Part shown: positions 37,934 to 47,928 of the stretch, in pieces
How the letters are laid out: each line of letters begins with the position of its first letter
How positions within the stretch are numbered: the stretch's first letter is position 1
Source of the DNA: Planctomycetota bacterium
GTDB lineage: Bacteria > Planctomycetota > PLA2 > JAEUHO01
Assembly (NCBI GenBank): GCA_965222115.1
Contig: CBDCTJ010000007.1
Span: forward strand, 1,024,001 to 1,088,000
Reading direction: 5' to 3'
DNA length: 64,000 nt
Made by a program: the position numbers and the translations under genes
Notes under the pieces: model-generated
Databases searched by the model: none
The model's input: the letters and a program-made list of their open reading frames with translations, nothing else
Told to the model about the DNA's origin: nothing

Positions 37934-38967
37934 TGTATGCGCATGCCACGCGACGGATTGCGATTGCCTGCGCATTGGTGTTGGTAAGCGGCCTCTTTGC
38001 TGTCGCTGCACCGGACTCCACGTCATCCGATGCTGCATTGGGCTCGACCATGTGGTGGAAATTGTGGCGCACTGCAGACATGGCCACGCGACAGACGATG
38101 ACAAGCCAACTCGTGAAACGCGGCCGCGACGCACTCGCGTTTATCGATGCCGAACAGCGAGCCGCCACGAACCGACGCGATACGATTGCACTCCGCGATC
38201 TTGAACGGATGCGTCGGCGAATTTGGGATGCATGGCATCGAGCGCGCACACCGGAGGGCATGGTATTCGTGCCGGCGGGATGGGTTGAAGTCCCACGAAC
38301 TAGTGCGCCCTGGGGTCCATCCGGTGCAAGACGTTACGTCCCGGCGTTTTATATGGACACGCATGAAGTAACGGTTCGCGCGTGGCGCGCTTGGGCCCAT
38401 GACGTACTCGACGACGTGTCGGAGGATGTCGTTGGGTATGGTGATCTCTCCCGACTTCGAAAGTCCGTGCGCGCCATGGAGGACGATCCCGAGGATTGGC
38501 CCGCAACCAGAATGACTGCCGACTTGGCAACGCGATTCGCGAGTGAGACGTGTGGCGGACGATTGCCGCGCGCCGAGGAGTTTGAGCGCGCGCTTCGTGG
38601 ATCGGGCATCGCACGCTATCCCTGGGGTTGCGGCTTGTCGATTCACCGTGCCAACCTTCGTGGGTATGGGCCGTCTGAACCGCGAGCAATTGGAAGTCAT
38701 CCCAAGGGCGTAACGCCACGTGGCATTCATGATCTCGTTGGCAATGTATCCGAGTGGTCGGAGACCGTTCGCCTGTGGGGACGCGTGGGTCGAGTGCACT
38801 TGGCACTTGGCGGCTCGTATCGCCATCGTCCCGGTGCAGGGCTCACGTGGCGCGGTCGTTACCGCAGCCTTGATCCTCAAAGCGATCGTTCCGCGAAGCC
38901 GTGGATTGGGTTTCGTCGAGTGAAAGACGTGGAGCAGCCACGCGCTGCACAGTCGAAGGGCGACTAG
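37930..38967 (+). CDS. FGE-sulfatase (SUMF1)-fold protein, secreted or membrane-anchored
   Basis: MVFVPAG, FYMDTHEVT, RLPRAEEFERALRG, YPWG, GIHDLVGNVSEW, IGFR; ATGA-coupled to the sigma gene. Confidence 0.85.
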   Translation: MMYAHATRRIAIACALVLVSGLFAVAAPDSTSSDAALGSTMWWKLWRTADMATRQTMTSQLVKRGRDALAFIDAEQRAATNRRDTIALRDLERMRRRIWDAWHRARTPEGMVFVPAGWVEVPRTSAPWGPSGARRYVPAFYMDTHEVTVRAWRAWAHDVLDDVSEDVVGYGDLSRLRKSVRAMEDDPEDWPATRMTADLATRFASETCGGRLPRAEEFERALRGSGIARYPWGCGLSIHRANLRGYGPSEPRAIGSHPKGVTPRGIHDLVGNVSEWSETVRLWGRVGRVHLALGGSYRHRPGAGLTWRGRYRSLDPQSDRSAKPWIGFRRVKDVEQPRAAQSKGD

Positions 38968-38969
38968 TC

Positions 38970-40730
38970 GTGGTACCCAAAGGAGCCTCGAAGTGGGTGA
39001 TCGTTGTCGCCTTACTAGCAGCACTTGTTTATTGCTGCTTCACTGGATATTTCGACGCATTAGGGAAACTCGTGAGTGGCGATCTGCCGCTCCGGCCTGA
39101 TTCAAAACATGACTACAGAGTGCGCATACGCGTATCCCCAGTTGGGGAAGACGACGAGTCACCCTCTTCACAATCGACATCAGCCAGCTCGGGTGACGTC
39201 AAGCTCAACGCTCCTCCTGTAGAGGCTAAGGTGATCGAGGTTCGCCTAGTGGACCGACGAGGCGAAGCGGTCATCGGCGCTCCCATCGAATTGTCACGAG
39301 GCAAATCAAAGTTTGATGCCGAGGTCGTTCACACCGCGCGCACCGACAGGCAGGGCCGCGTCCGGTTTCCCGGCGTGAAACTGAGTGATGTGGATTGGGT
39401 TGCGGCGGTTTACGACGCACCTCTACCGGGGTCACCCAAGCGCGGCAAACGCTACTGGGTCCGACATCAACCACTCACAAAATGGACCACGGCGCTTCGA
39501 GCGAATGACGGCATGCCCGTCAGCGTTTTATTCTTCGATCGTGAAACGGGGCAGCGTGTCGATGGCGTGCGGTGGGGGATCGGCACAGTCAAGCACAAGG
39601 GCATGGAACGACCGGCGGGATCAATTGCACGAGTCAAACCGGGCGATCGACTTGAGCTTGGTTTTCGCGTTGTACCGCCGAAAGGTTATGTTCCCTGGGA
39701 TCACCAAGGGGCCAGAGCGCAAGTCGCTCAACGGGCTGAGCGGCTTGTGTATCACTATCCGCTCAATCGCGAACAGCATGTCGAAGTTGCCTTTAGATCG
39801 AGAGGTAATGGCGCCCGTTTACGACCGCCACAAGTCATGTATGTCCAGATTGGGAATTGCTCAATAGATGCAGATGACTTGCGCGTGGAGTTGCAGCTCG
39901 ATGGCTCATTTCGCCTGCGCGGAATTCCGCATGTGCCGGGCGATTGGTTGGCGGTACACGTATTTGGATTCGGTAAAGACGAGGGCAATGCAAGCGCAAG
40001 TGCTGACATGCCATTGCGGGCTGACGACTTGCTCCGAGTGACGATCGACTTTGACGAGGAGCACACCAACTATTCAAAAAAGGAGGGAATTCGCGGATTT
40101 CCGTTTCAAGACAATAGCGCCATTGGGATTGGTGGCGGAACGACAGTCAAGATTCCCGATCCCCGTTCAGGCTCCCTGCGCGTTCGTTGTCTACGCGCGG
40201 ACGGCACGCCGTGCCGGGGCACGCACGTAACGGCGAAGGGTCCTAAGTGGGTCGTCGAAACGGAGCACGGAAAGGTGTCGGATCACTATCGTGCATACGG
40301 CGAGACCGACGCCGTGGGTTGGATCTCGTGGCCCTCGTTGGCGGTAGGCGAGTGGACCCTGAAGTATGTCGAGTGGTTTATAGTCGAGCGCCGCCTATCG
40401 GTGCACGAAGGTCTGACTACCACCGAGACGCTGCGCGAAGTCACCGGAGGCCATGCCGACGTACAGGTCGTTGACTCAAACGGCCGGCCCGTGCCATACG
40501 CGATAATCGAAGCTCGGCACGAGGATCGATTCAATGCCTGGCGACCCGTGCCCGACTCGGATGGCACGCAGCGCATTGACGCCTACACCGACATTCACGG
40601 TCGACGCACCCTCCGTCGTCTCTTTCCTGGCGAACACACGTTCACCGCCCGCGCCCGCGGAGAGATTAGCGAGGCGAACGCCACTATCGAAGACGAGCGC
40701 ACGACTCCCGTCCGCATCCAATTCAAGTAA
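38970..40730 (+). CDS. Membrane-anchored protein with carboxypeptidase-regulatory-like repeats
   Basis: N-terminal TM; VDRRGEAVIGA..TDRQGRVRF and VDSNGRPVPYA..TDIHG modules. Confidence 0.7.
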   Translation: MVPKGASKWVIVVALLAALVYCCFTGYFDALGKLVSGDLPLRPDSKHDYRVRIRVSPVGEDDESPSSQSTSASSGDVKLNAPPVEAKVIEVRLVDRRGEAVIGAPIELSRGKSKFDAEVVHTARTDRQGRVRFPGVKLSDVDWVAAVYDAPLPGSPKRGKRYWVRHQPLTKWTTALRANDGMPVSVLFFDRETGQRVDGVRWGIGTVKHKGMERPAGSIARVKPGDRLELGFRVVPPKGYVPWDHQGARAQVAQRAERLVYHYPLNREQHVEVAFRSRGNGARLRPPQVMYVQIGNCSIDADDLRVELQLDGSFRLRGIPHVPGDWLAVHVFGFGKDEGNASASADMPLRADDLLRVTIDFDEEHTNYSKKEGIRGFPFQDNSAIGIGGGTTVKIPDPRSGSLRVRCLRADGTPCRGTHVTAKGPKWVVETEHGKVSDHYRAYGETDAVGWISWPSLAVGEWTLKYVEWFIVERRLSVHEGLTTTETLREVTGGHADVQVVDSNGRPVPYAIIEARHEDRFNAWRPVPDSDGTQRIDAYTDIHGRRTLRRLFPGEHTFTARARGEISEANATIEDERTTPVRIQFK

Positions 40731-40865
40731 CTCGCGAAGCCCGCAAATTTACACCCAGCACTTTTTTGCAGGATTCGGTTTGGCTCGACAAAGATTCGCC
40801 CCAGGCGCGCATCATCGGACCTTGCCCCATCGGGTAGGGTCTCGGGGCCCCAACGGAGTACCGCA

Positions 40866-41489
40866 ATGAGTTCCCCTCTTGATCCCACCCTTCGCAGCGA
40901 CACCACTAGTGGCGACGACGGCGACGAGAAGGGCTCCGGCAAGCGCTCCATGATGGAACGCCACCTCATGAAGACCCGCGCGGTGCTCGTCTTTGGGGCC
41001 ATCGAGCCCAAGGAAACGCGGCGCATCGTAAAGCAGCTACTCGTATTGGATTCGGTCAGTCACGAAGAGCCCATTCGCGTCTACATCAATAGCCCGGGCG
41101 GTGTGGCCGACGATGGCTTTGCTATTTACGACGTCCTTCGATTCGTCAAAGCACCGGTGATCACCGTCGTAACGGGACTTGCGGCCAGCGCCGCAACGAT
41201 CGTGATGCTCGGTGCCGACAAAGACAAGCGCTTTGTGCTTCCCAACAGTCGCATCATGCTCCACCAGCCCAGTAGCGGTGTGCGCGGCACGGCAAGTGAC
41301 ATTGCGATTAGCGCGCAGGAGATTCTGCGTTTGCGCAAGAAGGCCAATGAGCTCTTTGCTCGCGAAACCGGCCACGACATCAAGAAGATCGAAGACGACA
41401 TGACGCGCGACTTCTGGATGAGTGCAGAGGAGGCCGTTGACTACGGACTGCTCACCAAGATCATCACGTCAAGCACGGATCTGCCGTAG
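40866..41489 (+). CDS. clpP: ATP-dependent Clp protease proteolytic subunit
   Basis: YINSPGG, GLAASA (Ser), MLHQP (His), RDFWMSAEEAVDYGL (Asp). Confidence 0.93.
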   Translation: MSSPLDPTLRSDTTSGDDGDEKGSGKRSMMERHLMKTRAVLVFGAIEPKETRRIVKQLLVLDSVSHEEPIRVYINSPGGVADDGFAIYDVLRFVKAPVITVVTGLAASAATIVMLGADKDKRFVLPNSRIMLHQPSSGVRGTASDIAISAQEILRLRKKANELFARETGHDIKKIEDDMTRDFWMSAEEAVDYGLLTKIITSSTDLP

Positions 41490-41504
41490 ATAGCTGATCG
41501 AGTT

Positions 41505-41858
41505 CTACGGGGCATTACGAAGATCGATGACCTGGGCGCCGTTTCCGAACCAGGCTTGCCACTGAGCCTCGGAGATGGGCACCGATACCACCCGCGCGTT
41601 GTCGCCCGGATGTGCGCGTCCAGCCTCTGCGGCTGCGACGGTGGCAAAGCGTTTGTAGGCTGCGTTTCTCTTGGCGGCGTTGCTGCCACGTCGTCCACGT
41701 AGCGAGAGGCAATAGACGAATCGATTGGGCAGTACGCCGATACCGCTCAACAACCCTGCGTCACCGCCACATCCGCACGCGACAAGTGTGCCGGCAATGG
41801 CTGCCGTGGCTCCGGCCGAGCATGCAGCAACCAGAAATTCGCGACGTGACGTGGACAT
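41505..41858 (-). CDS. Small Tat-exported (lipo)protein
   Basis: SRREFL twin-arginine motif, hydrophobic h-region, lipobox-like LVACGC. Confidence 0.7.
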   Translation of the reverse strand: MSTSRREFLVAACSAGATAAIAGTLVACGCGGDAGLLSGIGVLPNRFVYCLSLRGRRGSNAAKRNAAYKRFATVAAAEAGRAHPGDNARVVSVPISEAQWQAWFGNGAQVIDLRNAP

Positions 41859-41861
41859 CGA

Positions 41862-42068
41862 ACTCTCAGGGACATGGAAAAAGGGAAGGCAGGAGCTACC
41901 AGCTCACCCGCCGGTTCGATCCCAAAGGACCGGCCCAGACTTTGGACGTGGCGTGCGCATGCCAGGGAGGCCGAAGCCCCCCTGACACGCAGTACCTGGA
42001 AGCCGCCGCGCCCCCGAGCGCTCTCAGGGACCAGAGCCCGACTCATCCCACCCCCGAAGGGGTAGGCA
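41862..42068 (-). promoter_or_regulatory. Structured 5' leader / candidate ncRNA upstream of the Tat protein gene
   Basis: Minus strand carries two C(UUCG)G hairpins (one 15 bp with 3 G-U pairs at 41957-41990) and a hairpin with a pyrimidine tail ~20 nt before the ATG. Confidence 0.5.
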
Positions 42069-42190
42069 TTTCGAGCTCGATTGCGACGGCACGTGTTCTC
42101 TTCACGTCCTTACTGCAATGACCTTCATCGGCAAGTTCGATGCGAACAATAACCACATTTCCTCAGAGTCTGCGCCCATCCGCGAACCCT

Positions 42191-42378
42191 GTAAATTCGC
42201 ACCCGGCACAAATTTGCGCGATTCACCTGTGACCAAGATCTCTCACGCGCGACGTCTATGTGTCGACAGCCCGCAAAATGGGGTTCCACACAATTCGCAC
42301 CCGGCACAAATCGTGAACTTGCGCATTTGCTCCCGGCACCAATTGTGAAGTTACGCATTCGCTCCCGGCACGAATTCG
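42191..42378 (+). repeat. Left repeat array of the RAYT locus (one isolated + three tandem copies, 32-bp period)
   Basis: Core CCGGCAC at 42203, 42301, 42333 and 42365 within ATT(C/T)GC(A/T)CCCGGCACNAAT. Confidence 0.85.
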
Positions 42379-42469
42379 TAGTTTTGCCCGTTACCAAACT
42401 CCCGCTCGCGCGATGTGTACATGTCGATGTCGCGCAAAGCCGCCGCGATCGATGGCGGGAGATTCAGCG

Positions 42470-43438
42470 ATGCCACGTCGAAAACGAAAAGACTTTCCGG
42501 GTGCCTGGTGGCACGTCATGAATCGAGGGACCTCGCGGCGCGCGATATTCGAAGATGATCAAGATCGACGGTACTTCCTGTCGCTACTTGCGTGGATGGT
42601 TCACTGGGGCTGCATCGAGGTGCACGCATTTTGCCTTATGGACACTCACTATCACTTGTTGATACGTAGTACGCGGGGTGAACTCTCCGAGGCCATGCAT
42701 TGGATAGGGATGAAATATGCCCATTGGTTCAATCGAAGACAGGGACGAGATGGCTCATTGTGTCGAGGGCGATTCGTTTCAAAGCTCATCGCCATCATTG
42801 AGTACCGCTGGGCCGTCCTCTATTACATCCATCGCAATCCGACATCAGCCGGACTTGCGGAAACCATTGGCGAGTATCGCTGGTCGAGCGCATGGTATCT
42901 GGCAAATGGCGTACGATGCCCTTGGCTTTCAACGCAGTTTAGTAGACGGGCCTTCCGCGATTTGGCTATTCCTGTTGCAATTCCAGAACTAACTGAACGC
43001 TGGCTGCGTAGCGCGGATTCTCACAGGCCCGAGATTGGTAAGATCGTCCGGGCAGGCGAAGGTTCGTTGCGGGCATGGTTACGCGCTCAAGCGGAGAATG
43101 CTGACGGCCCATTGCCCCGGCGCGTGCTACTGCTCCCGAGTACCATCTCAGAAGAGGTTTGCCATGTAAGGCGTGAGCACGCCTACGATCACCGGCCGGT
43201 ATTGATCGAGGGGCGCGCGTGCCCTTACCGCATTGCACACGCGGCTCTCCTCTACACCGCCGGTGGCTTGGCGTTTGAGTCCGTTGCGCACCACACCGGC
43301 GTGAATCCGTCCACGATCCGTATGCACGTGCAGCGACATCAGAAATTGCTGACTGAGTGCGGCGACTACGCATCGTTCGTTGCGAAGATCCTAAAGCAGT
43401 GCTTTCTTCACGACTACCCCAGTGTTACGACGATCTGA
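42470..43438 (+). mobile_element. REP-associated tyrosine transposase (RAYT; Y1 HUH) with C-terminal HTH-like extension
   Basis: MPRRKR..FPG..WHVMNRG, IF.DD.DR, AFCLMDTHYHLL (HUH), YYIHRNP (Tyr), YRWSS; GGGAG RBS before ATG 42470. Confidence 0.9.
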
Positions 43439-43444
43439 GTGACG

Positions 43445-43502
43445 CACAATTAGTGCCGGGAGCGAACATGCAAGTTCACAATTAGTACCGGGAGTGAATG
43501 CG
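43445..43502 (-). repeat. Right repeat array of the RAYT locus (two inverted copies, 32-bp period)
   Basis: CACAATTAGTGCCGGGAGCGAACATGCAAGTT is 27/32 identical to the reverse complement of 42316-42347. Confidence 0.85.
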
Positions 43503-43506
43503 GGAG

Positions 43507-45024
43507 TTAGGGGAGGCGGCCGAGGGTGCCGAGGGCCAGGATGAGGGCGTGTTCGAGGGTGTTGCGGTCGATGGCTGATACGGATTGGCCGCGTTCGAGC
43601 GGGGTTCGCAAATGCGCGACGGTTAGGAGTGCTTGGATAAGGCGATGGACGTCGGCTTCGGAGAGTGGATCCATGACCATGGAGCGTGCGATGTAGTTGC
43701 TGCCCGCGCTCCATGTACGACCGGCCAACGCAAGTGCGACTGCCATGGCGGCCGGCGCGGCGTGTTTGGTGGTGAGTTTTCCGGTACGCAGTCCGGCGGC
43801 TACGTCTTCGAGTTGATGCGTTGCGAAGTCTTCAAACGTCGCTTCTAGCTGCGAGACAACGGCCGGTTGCACGGGTGCCTTGCGCGTGTTTACGCGTGGT
43901 AGATCCGTCATCGCCGTCATGCACGAATTGCGTTTTGTACGCGGCAGCACGTCTTCTTTGAGCGCGCGGTCCAGCGCTTTGAACATGCCCATCAGCGCTA
44001 TCATGTGTTGCGGTGACATGGTGTCACCGAGGGACGTCGAGCGTGCACCGAGCAGTTGATCGATGGCATCTTGGGCATCGGACTGGAACGCAGCGTCGGG
44101 GCCAGCAGCGTCTTTGAGTTCTACGGCTTTGCCTGCACCCGTTTCATCCAACAACAAAAGCTCAATGCCGGTCCACGTAGACTTACTGTCGTTGACGACG
44201 CTTGGCGTTGAAAGCAACCCCGTAGTCTTCGCCGTCGGTCCAGTCCGATACGCACTCACTTCTAAAGGATGTACGTAGGACAGCACGTCCCGCGCGCGGT
44301 CAACGTCCGGCGGCAGACCTTCAACCAACGACGAAGGCGTAGCATCCCCGAGCGTCAACTGAAAGGTCCCCGCGTCTCGATCCACGTCTACTCGCCACGC
44401 GGTGGATGAAGATGATGTCGCCACGTGTGCGGCAAGCAGAAGATCGAGCAAGCCCGCCGGATCGGTGTCAATTCGCGGCGGCGGTCTGTTGTACGCAGCG
44501 CGTGGCGTTGCCTTTCCACCGGTTGCCAATGCATCGCACTGAGACCACGACGCGATTTCCTCCAGCACATGCGCCACGTCTGTGTTGCGCGACGGACCGA
44601 TCGGTGTCTTGGCGTCATAGTTGCCCACAAATGCATCGAGGCGCGTGAGCGCGGCTTCGAGCATGGCAAGGACGCCCGCTTGTCCCGCATCGGCGGCGAT
44701 GGTGTTTGCCGTGAGCCCGCGATCCACACGAAGCGCCATGCATGCCAAGGTGCGCACCGTCGTTGCTGCGGCCATGAACGGGACTTCCATGTAGCCCCGT
44801 TCACGATCTCGAATGCGACCCTCTTCAAGCGCAGCGATGGTGTCTCGAATGTCCTCGGTGACCATCGTGAGCAACTGCTCAGCCTCGTTGCGCAGCGACG
44901 TCATGCCCGACGCGGCGCCGCGGTACGTAATGCGCCGATCCTGTTGCGCGTCGCGAATCCTTCGGTAGAGCCGCCGGGCGCGATCGCGTGCGACGAATAG
45001 TTCCGGCTTGGGCGCGTCATTCAT
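43507..45024 (-). CDS. Hypothetical protein
   Basis: ~505-aa ORF divergent from polA; helical; no recognised motif; start uncertain. Confidence 0.65.
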   Translation of the reverse strand: MNDAPKPELFVARDRARRLYRRIRDAQQDRRITYRGAASGMTSLRNEAEQLLTMVTEDIRDTIAALEEGRIRDRERGYMEVPFMAAATTVRTLACMALRVDRGLTANTIAADAGQAGVLAMLEAALTRLDAFVGNYDAKTPIGPSRNTDVAHVLEEIASWSQCDALATGGKATPRAAYNRPPPRIDTDPAGLLDLLLAAHVATSSSSTAWRVDVDRDAGTFQLTLGDATPSSLVEGLPPDVDRARDVLSYVHPLEVSAYRTGPTAKTTGLLSTPSVVNDSKSTWTGIELLLLDETGAGKAVELKDAAGPDAAFQSDAQDAIDQLLGARSTSLGDTMSPQHMIALMGMFKALDRALKEDVLPRTKRNSCMTAMTDLPRVNTRKAPVQPAVVSQLEATFEDFATHQLEDVAAGLRTGKLTTKHAAPAAMAVALALAGRTWSAGSNYIARSMVMDPLSEADVHRLIQALLTVAHLRTPLERGQSVSAIDRNTLEHALILALGTLGRLP

Positions 45025-45123
45025 GGTCCGCAAGTCTATTCGCACCGCACGCGTTGCGCGGTTCGCACCCCGTGTCCGACGCACAAATGCGACACGGTCC
45101 GTCCGCCCCCCGACAATCAGGCG

Positions 45124-47928
45124 ATGCCTGCCCTCACGTCGTCATCCCGTCCGCGCGCGTTCCTGTTTGATGGCATGGCGATGGCCTACCGCGCCCACTT
45201 TGCGTTCCTGCGCAACCCACTTCGCAACGCGCAGGGCATCGACACCAGCGCGGTCTTTGGGTTTCTCGCGAGTCTCGATCGCGTTCTGGACGACGAGAAG
45301 CCGGAAGCCGTGGTGGTCGTGTTTGATGCGCCGGAGCCCACCTTCCGCCATCGCGCCTATCCGGAATACAAAGCCACGCGCGACAAGATGCCAGAGGAGT
45401 TGAAACCCCAACTCGATTGGATCCAGCGTGCGGTTGAGGCCTACGGTTTGCCCTTCATACGCAAGTCCGGATTTGAGGCCGACGATGTGATCGGCACCCT
45501 CGCCAAGTTGCTTGAGGCCGACGGGCACGACGTGTGGATCGTCTCGGGCGACAAAGACATGATGCAACTCGTGACGCCCCACACGCGCATGTACAACCTC
45601 ATGAAGCCCGGGCAGTCCGATCCCGTGTTGGTGGGCGAGCCAGAAGTTGCCGAGAAGTTTGGTGTTGCGCCCGACAAAGTGATCGATGTGCTGGGCTTAA
45701 TGGGCGACAGCTCCGACAACATTCCCGGCGTGCCGGGCGTGGGGCCTAAGACGGCGACAAAGCTTGTGAATGAACACGGTTCGCTCGAAGCCGTGCTCAA
45801 AGCCGCTGATGGTCTAAAGCAAAAGAAGCTTCGCGAAAACCTCATGACGCATGCCGACAAGGCGCGCCTCAGCTTGGAACTCGTAACGATCGACACCGAC
45901 GTTCCGCTCGATGATTTGAATCTGACAAAAGGGGAGCGCGACACGGAAGCCCTCGCCGAGCTCTACCGCGAACTCGACTTCCATGCCCGACTCGATCGGT
46001 TGGCCGTGGCGCCGGTGGGCGGCGCAGACAGTCCGGCATCGAACTATCGGCTCGTGGATACGCCTAAGAAGCTAGACGAACTCGTCACGCAATTGGCCGC
46101 CACCAAAGACACAGACGGCTTTGCCTTCGATACCGAAACCACGTCAGTCGATCCTTTGCAGGCCGAACTGGTGGGGTTGTCATTCTCGTGGAAAGCCGGT
46201 GAGGCCCACTACGTGCCCGTCAATCTCGATCCGCCCATGTTTGGCGGCGAAGTCAGCAGCAAAACTCCTTCGGGCATGCTGTTTGCGGAATCCGGCCCAT
46301 CCGGGGATACCGACGCCGTGCTTGAACGACTTCGTCCCGTGTTTGAGGACGCTTCGATTCCCAAATGCGGGCAAAATATGAAGTACGACGTGCACGTGCT
46401 TCGTACACACGGCATTCACGTTCGCGGTCTCGCCTTCGACACCATGATTGCGAGCTTCTGCGCGGATCCCGGTCAGCGTGCACACAACCTCGACAGTCTC
46501 GCGCTGCGTCGACTCGGTATTCGTAAGATCCCCACCAGCGATCTTATCGGCAAGGGCAAGTCGCAGATCACGATGCGCGAGGTGCCCATTGACGTCGTGT
46601 CGAAGTACGCGTGTGAAGACGCTGACGTCACGTGGCAACTCAAGGAATCGCTCGCACCCGAACTTGAAGAGCGCGATGTGCGGCGTGTATTTGAAGAGGC
46701 CGAAATGCCCCTGCTCCCGGTGCTCGTGCGCATGGAGGCCAATGGCATTGGCGTTGATCGCAAGAAGCTCGAGCAACTGGGCGCCTCGCTGGGTTCGCGT
46801 ATTGAAACGCTCGAAGCCACAATTCACGAGCTCGCCGGTGAGCCATTCAATATCCGCTCCACGCAAACGTTGGGTCGCATTCTCTTTGAGGACCTAAAGC
46901 TCCACGAGCATGAGGCGGTCGGACGCAAGAAGCCCAAGCGCACGGCCAAAGGCAAGGGCTACGCCACAGACGAAACCACGTTGCTCGAACTCGTGCCCGC
47001 CCATGAACTTCCGGCGCTCGTGTTGGAATACCGAAGCCTTAGCAAACTCAAATCCACGTACGCCGACACGCTTCCGAGTTTCATTCATCCCTCCACCGGT
47101 CGCATTCATACGAGTTACCACCAGACGGGCGCCGCGACGGGCCGGTTGAGTTCCAGTGATCCGAATCTTCAGAACATTCCCATTCGCACCGAAGAGGGGC
47201 GTGCCATTCGCGAGACGTTTGTCCCCGATGAGGGCCATGTGTTTCTCTCGGCGGACTACAGCCAGATTGAATTGCGATTGCTTGCGCATCTCTCGGGTGA
47301 CGACGGTCTGAAGGAAGCGTTTCAGGAAGGCATCGACATTCACCGCGCCACCGCTGCGCGCATTTTCGGTGTTGCGCCGGATGATGTGACACCCGAACTT
47401 CGAAGCCGCGCAAAGGCGGTGAACTTTGGTGTGATTTATGGCATGGGGGCGCAGCGTCTCGCGAGACAGACGAGTGTGTCACTCAAAGAAGCGCGCGGAT
47501 TTATTGAAGGCTATTTCGAAAGCTATCAGGGGGTCCGAGATTATCTGGAAGACGTCAAAGAAGGTGGGCGCCAACGCGGTTATGTAACGACCATGCTCGG
47601 GCGTCGCCGCTACCTGCCTGGCTTGCTCGATGACGATGGCCGTATACGTTCCCAAGCCGAAAACGTTGCCGTCAATACGCCCGTTCAAGGAACCGCGGCC
47701 GATCTCATAAAGCTCGCCATGATTCAAATCGATCACGAACTCGCTCGCGGAACCTTGGGCGCGCGCATGCTGCTGCAGATCCATGACGAGTTGCTCTTTG
47801 AGGTGCCCAACGACGAGATGGACGACACCATCGCGATGGTGCGCAAGCGCATGGAAGGCGCGTTGCCGCTCGACGTGCCTGTGGTGGTTGACGTTGGCAC
47901 CGGAAGCAACTGGTCCGAAGCACATTAG
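45124..47928 (+). CDS. polA: DNA polymerase I
   Basis: 5'-3' exonuclease (EADDVIG, SGDKD, GDSSDNIPGVPGVGPKTA), 3'-5' exonuclease (FDTET), polymerase (TGRLSSSDPNLQNIP, DYSQIELR, AKAVNFGVIYG, QIHDEL). Confidence 0.98.
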   Translation: MPALTSSSRPRAFLFDGMAMAYRAHFAFLRNPLRNAQGIDTSAVFGFLASLDRVLDDEKPEAVVVVFDAPEPTFRHRAYPEYKATRDKMPEELKPQLDWIQRAVEAYGLPFIRKSGFEADDVIGTLAKLLEADGHDVWIVSGDKDMMQLVTPHTRMYNLMKPGQSDPVLVGEPEVAEKFGVAPDKVIDVLGLMGDSSDNIPGVPGVGPKTATKLVNEHGSLEAVLKAADGLKQKKLRENLMTHADKARLSLELVTIDTDVPLDDLNLTKGERDTEALAELYRELDFHARLDRLAVAPVGGADSPASNYRLVDTPKKLDELVTQLAATKDTDGFAFDTETTSVDPLQAELVGLSFSWKAGEAHYVPVNLDPPMFGGEVSSKTPSGMLFAESGPSGDTDAVLERLRPVFEDASIPKCGQNMKYDVHVLRTHGIHVRGLAFDTMIASFCADPGQRAHNLDSLALRRLGIRKIPTSDLIGKGKSQITMREVPIDVVSKYACEDADVTWQLKESLAPELEERDVRRVFEEAEMPLLPVLVRMEANGIGVDRKKLEQLGASLGSRIETLEATIHELAGEPFNIRSTQTLGRILFEDLKLHEHEAVGRKKPKRTAKGKGYATDETTLLELVPAHELPALVLEYRSLSKLKSTYADTLPSFIHPSTGRIHTSYHQTGAATGRLSSSDPNLQNIPIRTEEGRAIRETFVPDEGHVFLSADYSQIELRLLAHLSGDDGLKEAFQEGIDIHRATAARIFGVAPDDVTPELRSRAKAVNFGVIYGMGAQRLARQTSVSLKEARGFIEGYFESYQGVRDYLEDVKEGGRQRGYVTTMLGRRRYLPGLLDDDGRIRSQAENVAVNTPVQGTAADLIKLAMIQIDHELARGTLGARMLLQIHDELLFEVPNDEMDDTIAMVRKRMEGALPLDVPVVVDVGTGSNWSEAH

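Noticed and set aside
38023-39024. Long antisense ORFs (also 6363-7580, 13709-14608, 20948-21736, 31016-31804, 59076-60104)
   Set aside because: Shadows of well-supported genes on the opposite strand in GC-rich DNA; no motifs.
41861-42035. Glycine riboswitch (CTCTCAGG twice, GCCGAAG) or TPP riboswitch (CTGAGA)
   Set aside because: Remaining consensus elements are missing or out of order, and the G-U/UUCG evidence favours a different fold on the minus strand.
42289-42378. 32-bp periodic array as CRISPR
   Set aside because: Units are contiguous with no unique spacers; inverted copies across the RAYT gene explain them better.
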